From positions 6,606-70,605 of the forward strand of contig JBDLTF010000003.1 of assembly GCA_039799225.1 (NCBI GenBank): 64,000 bases of DNA, given 5' to 3'. This stretch comes from Candidatus Parcubacteria bacterium. Its GTDB lineage: Bacteria > Patescibacteriota > Minisyncoccia > Phycocordibacterales > PALSA-1337. This document shows positions 9,200-18,507 of the stretch, in pieces. The stretch's first letter is position 1; each line of letters opens with the position of its first letter. Both the position numbers and the translations under genes were made by a program. The notes beneath the pieces are model-generated. The model saw only the letters and a program-made list of their open reading frames with translations, had not been told where the DNA came from and searched no databases.

Positions 9200-9553
9200 T
9201 TAATTCCATCCAAGAAGAGTGAGCCAATTGTGCGATACGAAATCTGCGTGCATAGCAACTTTGGTAAGAGGACCATAGTATCCTACTGTAGGAGTAACAT
9301 TAAGCTTTGCCTGATATGAAGCAACTGCACTCTTGGTCAAACTACCATAGTAACCGAATGGAATTCCTGCAGGAACATTGAGATAACCCATCTCAGAGAG
9401 CAGTCCCTGAAGAACGACTACTCCTTGTCCAGTTGATCCGACCGTCAAATTCTGATCTACGATGATATTTGGATATTCTGACGCCTGAACCTGTGATGTT
9501 GCAGCGATAATAACGACTGCGACTGCGACTGCGAAAATGCTGATTTTATTCAT
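9200..9553 (-). CDS. Small secreted peptidoglycan-binding domain protein (paralog of 8520..8888)
   Basis: Signal peptide followed by GSTGQGVVVLQGLLSEMGYLNVPAGIPFGYYGSLTKSAVASYQ, which has the same architecture and near-identical motifs as the neighbouring gene. Confidence 0.65.
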   Translation of the reverse strand: MNKISIFAVAVAVVIIAATSQVQASEYPNIIVDQNLTVGSTGQGVVVLQGLLSEMGYLNVPAGIPFGYYGSLTKSAVASYQAKLNVTPTVGYYGPLTKVAMHADFVSHNWLTLLGWN

Positions 9554-9935
9554 GGTATTTTTTTACTACTTAATTTTAAGAAGTAAAAGATATGTGTGTT
9601 CACATGTATGAACACTCAAAGACGCGAATTCTTGAGGCTTTCCACCGCGGCATGGTTATGAGGTTTCCGCGGACGACGAGGAATGAACGAATCTAACAAG
9701 CTACCCTTACAATATAGATTTACGACTCTCTTAGTATACTCCTTAATCTTGACAAAAGTCAATAGAAATTGTTTTATAACACACATTACTGATACTACCT
9801 ATTAAATATACTCTCAGTTATCCCGCCGGGGGATTGCAACCCGCAATGTGTTATTGCGGAGCAGTAGTCGCATGACTGCTCCGCTCGCAAGCTCGCCGGG
9901 TTATACACAGTTTTTGTAAAAAATTTACTCTAATA

Positions 9936-10310
9936 TTGCGTTATAATCATGGCAAGACCATGCAACCCCCGAAGCCATATCGCGAAATGCGACCATGGGG
10001 GGAGTTTACCGAGTTTACCAAGAACACTCCTTCTACGGTCAAAATGCTTACAGTGAACGCTGGCGAAGCGTTCAGTCTGCAAACGCATTCCAAGCGCGAT
10101 GAATATTGGCGAGTCATATCCGGCGCAGGAATGATAACCGTCGGAACTCAGACCTTCCCTGTCATGGCAGGAGAAGGCCATTTCATACCTCGTGGAACAG
10201 CTCACCGCATAGAAGCAGCGAGTGAGCCTGTTGTAGTGCTTGAAATTTCCTTCGGTGAGTTCGACGAGGGTGATATCTCGCGCATCGAGGACAAGTACGG
10301 TAGAAAATAA
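9936..10310 (+). CDS. Cupin-domain protein, mannose-6-phosphate isomerase type II-like (C-terminal cupin of ManC/PMI). The true start may be an internal Met.
   Basis: WGEF...KMLTVNAGEAFSLQTHSKRDEYWRVISG...HRIEA is the PMI type II cupin signature. Confidence 0.65.
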   Translation: MRYNHGKTMQPPKPYREMRPWGEFTEFTKNTPSTVKMLTVNAGEAFSLQTHSKRDEYWRVISGAGMITVGTQTFPVMAGEGHFIPRGTAHRIEAASEPVVVLEISFGEFDEGDISRIEDKYGRK

Positions 10311-11435
10311 ATGATCCTTTCCACAATACCAACTACAGCGTTACTGCTCATCGGAGCGGCTATCATACTTATAGCTGTCGCCGCTGTTTTTGCTCTGATT
10401 GAACATCTCCGCGCGCAAAGGAAACCAGTTGAAGAACGAGTCTCTCATGAAATCAATCGTCATCATGCGAATCCTGTCATCTCTCCACGTCCTCACCAGG
10501 AATGGGAAGCCAATGGAACACTCAATCCCGCTGCAATAGAAGATGACGAAGGTCGTGTGCACCTCCTGTACCGATCGATAGGCGATGATGGTCTTTCACA
10601 TATTGGTCACGCATCGAGCTCTGATGGACTTTGTTTCGACAAACGTTCCTCCTTCCCTGTGTACCAGCCTGGATTTGAAGAGAAGAGACCTGATTACAAG
10701 AATGATATCAAGGCATATGACCCTGGAATTTATACATCCGGAGGCGGCTGGGGTGGTCACGAGGATCCACGAGCAGTCAAAATAGGTTCACGCGTGTACA
10801 TGACCTATACCGCATTCCAAGGATGGGATTCTGTGCGTATCGGACTCACCTCTATTGCCGTGGCGGATCTCAAGAAGGAACGCTGGAATTGGAAAAAACC
10901 CAAACTCATTTCCGCCGCCGGCCAAGTCAACAAAAACTGGCTTATCTTCCCTGAGAAAATTAATGGTAAATTCGCCATACTCCACAGCATCGTTCCTGAT
11001 GTCGCCATAGACTACGTCGATGATCTCGATGCTATGTTCCCTCCTATCAAGAGCAAGCGTCTCGCCGGACCTCAGCCTGGCAGGAAAAATTTCTGGGACA
11101 AGAGTGTGCGTGGTGCTGGGCCTCCACCAGTGAAGACTGACATTGGTTGGCTTCTTCTCTATCATGCACAAGATGACCATCGATACCGTCTCGGCGCGAT
11201 GATTCTCGACAAGAATGATCCGACCAAAATCCTCTATCGATCTCCTGAGCCGATACTATCTCCTGATATGTGTTACGAGAACGACGGCAAACCGGGAGTG
11301 GTCTATGCATCTGGCGCCGTAGTGAAAAATGGAGAGCTCATAGTGTATTACGGAGGCGGAGACAAACATGTATGCGTCGCGCAGACGAGTTTGGAATCAT
11401 TATTAAGCTGGCTGATGAGATACGGGAAAGTATAA
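10311..11435 (+). CDS. Glycoside hydrolase family 130 (mannoside phosphorylase-like, former DUF377), N-terminally membrane anchored
   Basis: N-terminal TM helix, then the GH130 pattern NPAAI..D.GRVHLLYRSIG ... HEDPRAVKIGSRVYMTYTAF ... GPPPVKTDIGWLLLYH. Confidence 0.75.
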   Translation: MILSTIPTTALLLIGAAIILIAVAAVFALIEHLRAQRKPVEERVSHEINRHHANPVISPRPHQEWEANGTLNPAAIEDDEGRVHLLYRSIGDDGLSHIGHASSSDGLCFDKRSSFPVYQPGFEEKRPDYKNDIKAYDPGIYTSGGGWGGHEDPRAVKIGSRVYMTYTAFQGWDSVRIGLTSIAVADLKKERWNWKKPKLISAAGQVNKNWLIFPEKINGKFAILHSIVPDVAIDYVDDLDAMFPPIKSKRLAGPQPGRKNFWDKSVRGAGPPPVKTDIGWLLLYHAQDDHRYRLGAMILDKNDPTKILYRSPEPILSPDMCYENDGKPGVVYASGAVVKNGELIVYYGGGDKHVCVAQTSLESLLSWLMRYGKV

Positions 11436-11445
11436 TTACAAAACA

Positions 11446-13326
11446 ATGTTTACTCTCACTCGCTCAGAACACAACCCGATACTCTCACCTCTCAAAGAAC
11501 ATCCTTGGGAAGCAGCTGCGGCATTCAACGGCTCTCCTGTCATACAAGGTCAGAAGACTACACTCGTATATCGAGCCATGTCAGAACCTGAACTTCTCAA
11601 GGATCCTCATATCCGCATGTCTATTATTGCGCGTGCTGATTCTGTTGACGGCTTCCATTATGAAAATCGCCAAGCACTCATTTTGCCTGACACTGAATTT
11701 GACCGATTTGGCTGTGAAGATCCCCGCGTAACCAAGCTCGGCAAAACTTACTACATCTTCTACACTGCACTCGGCGGATATCCTTTCGGTGCAGATAACA
11801 TCAAGGTTGCCGTCGCACTGAGCGATGATCTCAAGACCATCAAGGAGAAGCACCTTGTTACTCCTTTCAATGCCAAAGCCATGGCTCTCTTTCCGGAAAA
11901 GATTGGCAAGAAAATGGCGGCACTCGTCACCGTGAACACTGATCGCAAACCATCAGATATCTGTTATGCAGAATTCGATACTCCAGAAGATATGTGGTCA
12001 CCTTCATATTGGGAAGAATGGTGGAAGAATCTCGACGCGCATAAGGTGAGCATTCGCCGTTTACCGACTGACCATCTCGAGCTCGGCGCAGTACCAGTAA
12101 AAACTGATAAGGGCTGGTTGGTTGTGTACTCACACATCCAGAGATACGGGCAGAGCGACCAAGCCTTCGGTATCGAGGTCGTCTTGCTCGATCTCAAGAA
12201 TCCTCGCAAAGTCATTGGTCGTACCAAAGGACCTTTTATGATTCCTGACTCATACTATGAGCATACGGGCATGGTTCCTCATGTTATTTTTCCTTCTGGC
12301 GCACTCATCCGTGATGAACACCTCGAGATTCACTATGGTGCCGCTGACACTTATTGTGCAATTGCAACCATTCCGCTCGACAACCTACTCTCAAGCATCA
12401 TGGATGACCACTCTGTCGGCATGAAGCGATTCAAGGGCAATCCAATCATCACTCCACGCCCTGGTATGCTCTGGGAAGAGAAAGGAACACTCAATCCCGC
12501 CGCTATAGACCTCGGTGATAAGACTCACATCCTTTATCGCGCATATTCAGCTGATAACATCTCAACCATTGGCCTTGCAACATCGAGCGACGGATTCTCT
12601 ATCGATGAACGTCTCGACAAACCGATTTACAAACCACGCGTCCCCTTCGAATCACGCGGATGTGAAGACCAGCGCATCATGCAGATTGGCGACAAGCTCT
12701 ATATGACCTACACAGCCTACGATGGTGGTGTCCCTCGCGTCGCTGTGACTTCAATTTCTGCCAAGGATTTCCTTGCACGTAAATGGAGTGCATGGACACT
12801 TCCTAATATCATTACGCCGATGGAAGTTGATAACAAAGATGCAGCGATTCTGCCAGAACCAGTCAAAGGGAAATACATGGTCTTCCATCGCGTGCACGAG
12901 AGTATCTGTGCAGACTTCGTCTCATCACTCGATTTCTCCAAAGAAAAAGTCACCCGCTGTATCGAAATCATCGCTCCACGCAAAGGTATGTGGGATGGTG
13001 GCAAGGTCGGTATCGCCGCACCACCTATCAAGACTCCTGAGGGCTGGCTTCTCCTCTATCACGGCGTATCATGGAGCACGACCTATCGCGTCGGTGCAGT
13101 CCTCCTCGATCTCGATGATCCGACCATCATCCGTGCACGCACAGCAATTCCCCTTTTCGAACCTGAAGAAGAATACGAGCGCAAAGGCTATGTCCCAAAT
13201 GTCGTCTTCCCGTGTGGTGCAGTCGTCCGTGGAGGCACCCTCTATATGTACTATGGTGGCGCAGACAGTGTCGTCGGTGTCGCGTCAATCAAGATGACGA
13301 AGCTCATGAAGATGCTCGAAATATAA
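11446..13326 (+). CDS. Tandem-duplicated GH130 family protein (two mannoside-phosphorylase-like domains)
   Basis: Two repeats of the GH130 core: the first has FGCEDPRVTKLGKTYYIFYTAL, the second has LNPAAIDLGDKTHILYRAY...GCEDQRIMQIGDKLYMTYTAY...GWLLLYHGV. Confidence 0.75.
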   Translation: MFTLTRSEHNPILSPLKEHPWEAAAAFNGSPVIQGQKTTLVYRAMSEPELLKDPHIRMSIIARADSVDGFHYENRQALILPDTEFDRFGCEDPRVTKLGKTYYIFYTALGGYPFGADNIKVAVALSDDLKTIKEKHLVTPFNAKAMALFPEKIGKKMAALVTVNTDRKPSDICYAEFDTPEDMWSPSYWEEWWKNLDAHKVSIRRLPTDHLELGAVPVKTDKGWLVVYSHIQRYGQSDQAFGIEVVLLDLKNPRKVIGRTKGPFMIPDSYYEHTGMVPHVIFPSGALIRDEHLEIHYGAADTYCAIATIPLDNLLSSIMDDHSVGMKRFKGNPIITPRPGMLWEEKGTLNPAAIDLGDKTHILYRAYSADNISTIGLATSSDGFSIDERLDKPIYKPRVPFESRGCEDQRIMQIGDKLYMTYTAYDGGVPRVAVTSISAKDFLARKWSAWTLPNIITPMEVDNKDAAILPEPVKGKYMVFHRVHESICADFVSSLDFSKEKVTRCIEIIAPRKGMWDGGKVGIAAPPIKTPEGWLLLYHGVSWSTTYRVGAVLLDLDDPTIIRARTAIPLFEPEEEYERKGYVPNVVFPCGAVVRGGTLYMYYGGADSVVGVASIKMTKLMKMLEI

Positions 13327-13330
13327 ATCA

Positions 13331-14086
13331 ATGACCGCCTACTCAAAACAGCTCATCATCTTCGATCTCGACGGGACACTCGCCCCGAGCAAATCTTCGA
13401 TAGATCCTGAGATGGCGGAACTTCTCACCAAGCTCATAGCGCGCAAGAAGGTTGCTGTCATGTCTGGCGGTGGATATCCACAGTTCGAAACTCAACTCTT
13501 GCGTGCTCTACCTCACAGCTTTGAAAATTTCGGCAACCTCTATGTGATGCCTACTTCAGGAACACGACTCTTCACTTGGAAAGGATCATGGGTCTCGCAG
13601 TACGCGGAACACCTCTCTCTCCGAGAAAAAGAGAAGATCATGACTTCTCTCAATACAGCCCTCAAACAAGCGAAGTATGAAAAGCCTGCGAAGATATATG
13701 GTGATCTCATCGAAGACCGCGGCTCGCAAATAACCTTCTCAGCACTCGGACAGAATGCTCCGCTCGAAGCGAAACAAAGCTGGGATCCTACACGAACCAA
13801 GCGTGACGCAATCGTGAATTTCCTTCTTACGAAAATCCCTGAATTCGACATCCGACTCGGCGGAACAACCTCAATCGATATTACCAAGCGTGGCGTCAAC
13901 AAAGGATACGGCATACGCAAACTCGAGGAGTATCTGAAGATACCCCTCGAGAGCATGACATTCGTCGGTGACGCACTCTATCGCGGTGGCAATGATTACC
14001 CTGCGAAAGCGACTGGAATCGACTGTATACAGGTATCTGGTCCCGAAGAGACCAAGAAGCTTATTGCGAGCTGGCTCGTCGATTAA
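13331..14086 (+). CDS. HAD-IIB family hydrolase, phosphomannomutase-like (HAD-type PMM / sugar-phosphatase)
   Basis: HAD motif I IIFDLDGTL and motif IV-like FVGDALYRGGNDY. The length and layout match eukaryotic-type PMM/HAD-IIB. Confidence 0.6.
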   Translation: MTAYSKQLIIFDLDGTLAPSKSSIDPEMAELLTKLIARKKVAVMSGGGYPQFETQLLRALPHSFENFGNLYVMPTSGTRLFTWKGSWVSQYAEHLSLREKEKIMTSLNTALKQAKYEKPAKIYGDLIEDRGSQITFSALGQNAPLEAKQSWDPTRTKRDAIVNFLLTKIPEFDIRLGGTTSIDITKRGVNKGYGIRKLEEYLKIPLESMTFVGDALYRGGNDYPAKATGIDCIQVSGPEETKKLIASWLVD

Positions 14087-14091
14087 CCAAC

Positions 14092-15054
14092 CTAGAGAGC
14101 TGCGTCCAAGGCTGTCTCTATAACGCGGATCAACGTCCGCGTATCATTTTCTCTATCCTTAGACCCGAGAACCACGAACGCAACATTTCTACCTGACATA
14201 TTCAAGATCGTCACCATAGTCTCACCAGCTTCAGGTGTTCTACCTGTCTTCCCTCCTACGAAGCGTGGATCATTCACGAATGGGTGTGTACTTTCTATGA
14301 GATGGTATCCATGACCCGTGGTTGTCGCCATTTCAATCTTCGGATTACGCGTGATAGCGAGAATGTCAGGACGATAGTTCATAAGGTATCCAGCTAGCGC
14401 GAATATGTCATATGCTGTGGCAGCATTGCGCGGACTGACTCCTGAAGGATCCGCAAAGAATGATCCTGGCATACCTATCTCCCATGAATAACCTTTCATT
14501 TGTTCGAGGAAGTCAGGACGATCTCCAATTGAGGCTGATATAGCTTCAGCTGCAACATTTGATGAGCTTAAGAGGAGCGGGTATAAGATCTCATCGCGTG
14601 TATAGTGTTCATCCTGTTGAAGATTGCTCTTGTCTGAAGGAGCCTTGAGTGCGTCTCCGGTGATTTCTATAAGTGTAGTTGAGGAGATGACATCTGTAGC
14701 CACGAATGCAGTAACGAGCTTGGACATTGATGCCACTGGCATAACCTTTTTGCTGTTATATTCGAGATACACATCACCATTCGCAGTATCTCCGATAATA
14801 TAGCTCGCAGCACTTACACCAATAATCTTCTTTTCTGCAGTAGGACTAGCTTCAGAGGCGGGCTTCGAGTTCTTTTTTTCTTCTTCAATGAACGCTGGAT
14901 CAATCTCGAGATGAGCTGGTCGAGTCGCGAATGAAAGCGGTATGCTCGACAAGAACGAATCCTGATTGAGCTTTACCAGCGTAGATATACTGACTGCAGA
15001 GATGCAGGCAACCATAATGACGACGAGTGTTCGGTCGGAAACCATTGTCACCAT
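14092..15054 (-). CDS. dacA: D-alanyl-D-alanine carboxypeptidase (peptidase S11, PBP5-like)
   Basis: The three active-site motifs are present: SMSK (SxxK), SSSN (SxN) and KTGRT (KTG). Confidence 0.85.
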   Translation of the reverse strand: MVTMVSDRTLVVIMVACISAVSISTLVKLNQDSFLSSIPLSFATRPAHLEIDPAFIEEEKKNSKPASEASPTAEKKIIGVSAASYIIGDTANGDVYLEYNSKKVMPVASMSKLVTAFVATDVISSTTLIEITGDALKAPSDKSNLQQDEHYTRDEILYPLLLSSSNVAAEAISASIGDRPDFLEQMKGYSWEIGMPGSFFADPSGVSPRNAATAYDIFALAGYLMNYRPDILAITRNPKIEMATTTGHGYHLIESTHPFVNDPRFVGGKTGRTPEAGETMVTILNMSGRNVAFVVLGSKDRENDTRTLIRVIETALDAAL

Positions 15055-15070
15055 TCTATCCTACCTTCGC

Positions 15071-15568
15071 TTACCTTGTCACTGAAATACTGGGGGTTAG
15101 TTCGCCTACCGAGCTCACAATGATACGACCATCAGAATCTCGGTTGACCATATATCCGGTGTCATAGTCGCCCGCGTCGTTGAAATATGTCCCATCAGCG
15201 GATGGATCGAATGGAAGCGATGATATATAGTCCGGCACAAGACATGCGGCGAGGTTGCCTGGATCACCTGGTGTTGTAGAGCTACGCATAACCGTTGGTG
15301 CCTCAACAAGCTCGAGAGGTGTCCCTAGGCACACGAGACGACCTTTGTGCTCGGACATATTCTGATGGATAGCATTGAGGATTGCATTCACGTTGCTCGT
15401 CCTCTGTAAATCACGAGCAAGCTTGAATTGGCGCGCAGGATTCACCGCCACAAGCACGATGGTGGCGAGTATCGCGATGATACCGATAACCACGAGCACT
15501 TCGATAAGAGTAAATCCTCGACCATTCCCCTTCTTCCTATCACACATACACTGTACTTTTGTATTCAT
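15071..15568 (-). CDS. Type IV pilin / pseudopilin-like protein (prepilin-type N-terminal methylation domain)
   Basis: GFTLIEVLVVIGIIAILATIVLVAV follows a short basic leader, the canonical prepilin cleavage/methylation site. Confidence 0.8.
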   Translation of the reverse strand: MNTKVQCMCDRKKGNGRGFTLIEVLVVIGIIAILATIVLVAVNPARQFKLARDLQRTSNVNAILNAIHQNMSEHKGRLVCLGTPLELVEAPTVMRSSTTPGDPGNLAACLVPDYISSLPFDPSADGTYFNDAGDYDTGYMVNRDSDGRIIVSSVGELTPSISVTR

Positions 15569-15679
15569 ATGTTATTGCTTAATAATTAATAATCGAACCA
15601 AACAATCGTATCAATCTGATATGAAGAAATTATGATGAACTGATAGAGAAACTATGATGAGACAGTCATTCACTAAGGA

Positions 15680-15797
15680 AACCCTGCAAGAGGGCGGCAT
15701 GTATTCTGTGGTGGCGATGCACAGTTTCTAAGTTATATAGAGATTCTGTTCACTTTGCGTTGCCACCACAGAATACATGCCGCCCTCTTGCAGGGTT
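15680..15797. repeat. Large near-perfect inverted repeat (about 36-bp arms, about 46-nt spacer) in the pilin/dnaB divergent intergenic region
   Basis: aaccctgcaagagggcggcatgtattctgtggtggc ... gccaccacagaatacatgccgccctcttgcagggtt, read directly from the sequence. Confidence 0.9.
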
Positions 15798-15863
15798 TCT
15801 CCCCATGTTTTCCCCTTTTGGCATTTTGTCGCTCATTTTTGGTGCCATGATACAATTCATGCC

Positions 15864-17249
15864 ATGAACACAGCGTCCCCATACTTCAAGGCAAAAGACC
15901 TCAAAATACCACCTCAGAATATTGAGGCGGAAAAAGCCCTACTCGGATCACTCATGATTCGCGGTGAAGCTATGCATGACATCGTCGATATTGTTGGTGA
16001 AGCCTCTTTCTATTCCAACCAGCACAAGAATATCTGGGCTGCTATTTTCGAGCTCCACAGCAAGACTATCCCTGTCGACCTCCTTTCACTCTCGGCACGC
16101 CTCAAAGACAAAGGACTCCTCGAGCAATCAGGTGGCATGACGTACCTGACCGAGCTCATCAATGCTGTTCCCTCATCAACCAATGCCGAGCACTATGGCG
16201 AGATCGTCCAGAAGAAGCACATCATGCGCGAGCTCCTCCGTGCAGCAGAACATATCACTGGCCTCGGATATGACGAGGAGGGTGAATTGCACGATATTCT
16301 TGAAAAGGCTGAGAAGGCACTCTATGCCGTTACCAACAAGACCGGCTCACACAAGTTCGTAGCGCTCAAGGATACACTCCATGAAGCTTGGGAACGTATT
16401 GACCGCCTTCATAGCACCAAGGATGAGCTCCGTGGCGTCCCGACTGGATTCGTAGAGATCGATAACAAGCTCGCCGGATTCCAGAAGTCCGACCTTATCA
16501 TTCTCGCTGCCCGTCCTTCCATGGGTAAGACCTCTCTCGCGCTCGATATCGCCCGCAAGTCAGCAGTCAAACACAAAGTCCCTGTTGCTATCTTCTCGCT
16601 TGAAATGAGCTCCCAGCAGCTCGTGGACCGTATGCTCGCCGCAGAGTCACAGGTTGATTCATGGAAGATTCGTACTGGTCACTTCGAGAAGCTCTCTGCT
16701 CAGCAGGACTTCAAAGCCATCAACGAAGCTATGGGTCGTCTTTCCGAGGCTCCTATCTACATCGATGACCAGCCAGGCAACAACATCCTCAAGATGCGTG
16801 CCACTGCTCGTCGTTTGAAGAATGAAAAGGGTCTTGGTTTGATCATCGTCGACTACCTCCAGCTGATGGTGCCTACTCAGGCCAAGGGTTCAGACAACCT
16901 CGTTCAGCAGGTCACCGAAATCTCACGCTCCCTCAAGAACCTCGCTCGTGAGCTCGAAGTGCCCGTCCTTGCCCTCTCACAGCTCTCCCGTGCGGTCGAA
17001 CAGCGTGGTGGTAAGCCTCGTCTCTCTGACCTCCGTGACTCAGGTTCTATCGAGCAGGATGCAGATGTGGTTATGTTTATTCACCGTGAATCAGACCAGG
17101 ATCAGGGTGGTCGTAAACAAGAGGCCGAGATCCTCATTGAGAAGCATCGTAACGGTCCTACTGGTATCGCCAAACTCTTCTTCGACGGCAAGAAGACAAC
17201 ATTCATGTCTATGGAAAAGGCCGACTTCGGTGGATTCGAACAGATGTAA
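15864..17249 (+). CDS. dnaB: Replicative DNA helicase DnaB (start set to the Met after the inverted repeat)
   Basis: DnaB N-domain (NIEAEKALLGSLM), Walker A ARPSMGKTSLAL, Walker B IIVDYLQLM and the RecA-like C-domain motifs. Confidence 0.92.
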   Translation: MNTASPYFKAKDLKIPPQNIEAEKALLGSLMIRGEAMHDIVDIVGEASFYSNQHKNIWAAIFELHSKTIPVDLLSLSARLKDKGLLEQSGGMTYLTELINAVPSSTNAEHYGEIVQKKHIMRELLRAAEHITGLGYDEEGELHDILEKAEKALYAVTNKTGSHKFVALKDTLHEAWERIDRLHSTKDELRGVPTGFVEIDNKLAGFQKSDLIILAARPSMGKTSLALDIARKSAVKHKVPVAIFSLEMSSQQLVDRMLAAESQVDSWKIRTGHFEKLSAQQDFKAINEAMGRLSEAPIYIDDQPGNNILKMRATARRLKNEKGLGLIIVDYLQLMVPTQAKGSDNLVQQVTEISRSLKNLARELEVPVLALSQLSRAVEQRGGKPRLSDLRDSGSIEQDADVVMFIHRESDQDQGGRKQEAEILIEKHRNGPTGIAKLFFDGKKTTFMSMEKADFGGFEQM

Positions 17250-17252
17250 CCT

Positions 17253-17864
17253 ATGGACTCACTTCATCGCCTCGAAGAACTCTTCGCGAAATTCCCTGGC
17301 ATCGGCCCACGCCAAGCCAAGCGTTTCGTCTATTACCTGCTCAACAAGTCCCCTTCCTATATCCGCGAGTTCACTCAGCTCATCGAAGAGGTCAGGAAAT
17401 CAACCAGTGAATGTGCTCAGTGCCATCGTATATTTTTCGGGAAGGATGCTGTCGGACATACTTGTACTATTTGTTCAGACAAGAATCGTGATGGCTCAAC
17501 ACTCATGGTCGTAGCGCGTGACTCAGATTTTGAGACTATCGAGAAAAGTAGTGCATATCGTGGTTTGTATTTCATTCTTGGAGGAACTATTCCCGTTCTC
17601 GACAAGGAGCCTGACAAGAGGATTCGTCTCCAAGGCTTGCTTGAACATGTCTCAAGCTTCAAATCTATAAAGGAGATCATCCTCTCGTTGAATGCGACTC
17701 CTGAAGGTGAACATACTGCGACCATTGTGAAGGAAGCTCTTGGAAAGGTCTTGAAGGATTCATCGGTCAAAATCTCTCTTCTTGGGCGTGGCCTCTCAAC
17801 AGGTGCAGAACTTGAGTATGTAGATGGAGATACTATCAGGAACGCTCTGCAAAATAGGCATTGA
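17253..17864 (+). CDS. recR: Recombination protein RecR
   Basis: HhH motif FPGIGPRQAKR, C4 zinc finger CAQCHRIF...CTICSD and a Toprim domain (LMVVARDSDFE). Confidence 0.9.
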   Translation: MDSLHRLEELFAKFPGIGPRQAKRFVYYLLNKSPSYIREFTQLIEEVRKSTSECAQCHRIFFGKDAVGHTCTICSDKNRDGSTLMVVARDSDFETIEKSSAYRGLYFILGGTIPVLDKEPDKRIRLQGLLEHVSSFKSIKEIILSLNATPEGEHTATIVKEALGKVLKDSSVKISLLGRGLSTGAELEYVDGDTIRNALQNRH

Positions 17865-18430
17865 TGTATTAGGGTATTTCTGGTACTGTTCTTATCGAAA
17901 AACGAAGAAAGGCTCTTTATGATTATCTATGGCTGTATTGCGGTCATTGTTTGGTTTTGCTGGTACAGAACCTGCAGATGTTGTGGAAGTCTACAAACTT
18001 CCGTCACTACAAAAGAATCACTTGCCCACGAGGCTGATGATTCTCGGTGGCACCATCTCGGCATGTGCTTCACCGTGCGGACACGAACGAGGTCATGTTC
18101 GTGTTGTGGAGAAATCTCCCAAAAATCACGTGTACGCTTCACTACTCAACGTGAACTCACCAAGCGTATCTTCGAAATGATCAAGAAAATGGAAGCATAA
18201 ACCACTTTGTCTGCCGTATGTCAGAACTGACGCAGGAGACTATGAGGACGCTTTGCCGGCGCCCAATCAGTCGGGTGGCCGAAACCACTCGAAGTGCTTC
18301 GACGCTTCACCGCTCTATGTGTATGGGAGAATATGGAGAAGAGGCTCCTGTCTCGATGGATTCGCTTCGCCGAAACCATGCGCGTGCGCACATATATAAA
18401 AAGCTAACTGCGATACGGCAGACTTCTTTC

Positions 18431-18490
18431 AAAACCACCTTCACCGGTGGTTTCTTCATATAAAAAACCACCCTTTGGAGGTGGTCTGAA
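18431..18490. terminator. Two tandem hairpins with flanking T/A runs; minus-strand terminator for the 18508..18789 gene, possibly bidirectional
   Basis: accacc-ttcacc-ggtggt and ccaccc-tttgg-aggtgg stems. On the minus strand each is followed by a T-run. Confidence 0.5.
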
Positions 18491-18507
18491 CCTAACAAAT
18501 CTTTGAC

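Noticed and set aside
15777-15863. N-terminal 29-aa extension of dnaB in the ORF track
   Set aside because: The extension reads through the right arm of the inverted repeat (MPPSCRVSPHVFPFW...). The Met at 15864 precedes conserved DnaB N-domain residues and is the likelier start.
17919-18463. Plus-strand ORFs 17919..18200, 17929..18180 and 18218..18463 as protein genes; also considered tmRNA, RNase P and SRP RNA in this gap
   Set aside because: The translations are Cys/Arg/Trp-rich and mutually overlapping. I could not find the tmRNA T-arm/CCA end, RNase P GGGUGAAA or SRP GGAAGCAGCC-type blocks by eye. The region is therefore reported only as a candidate ncRNA or decayed region.
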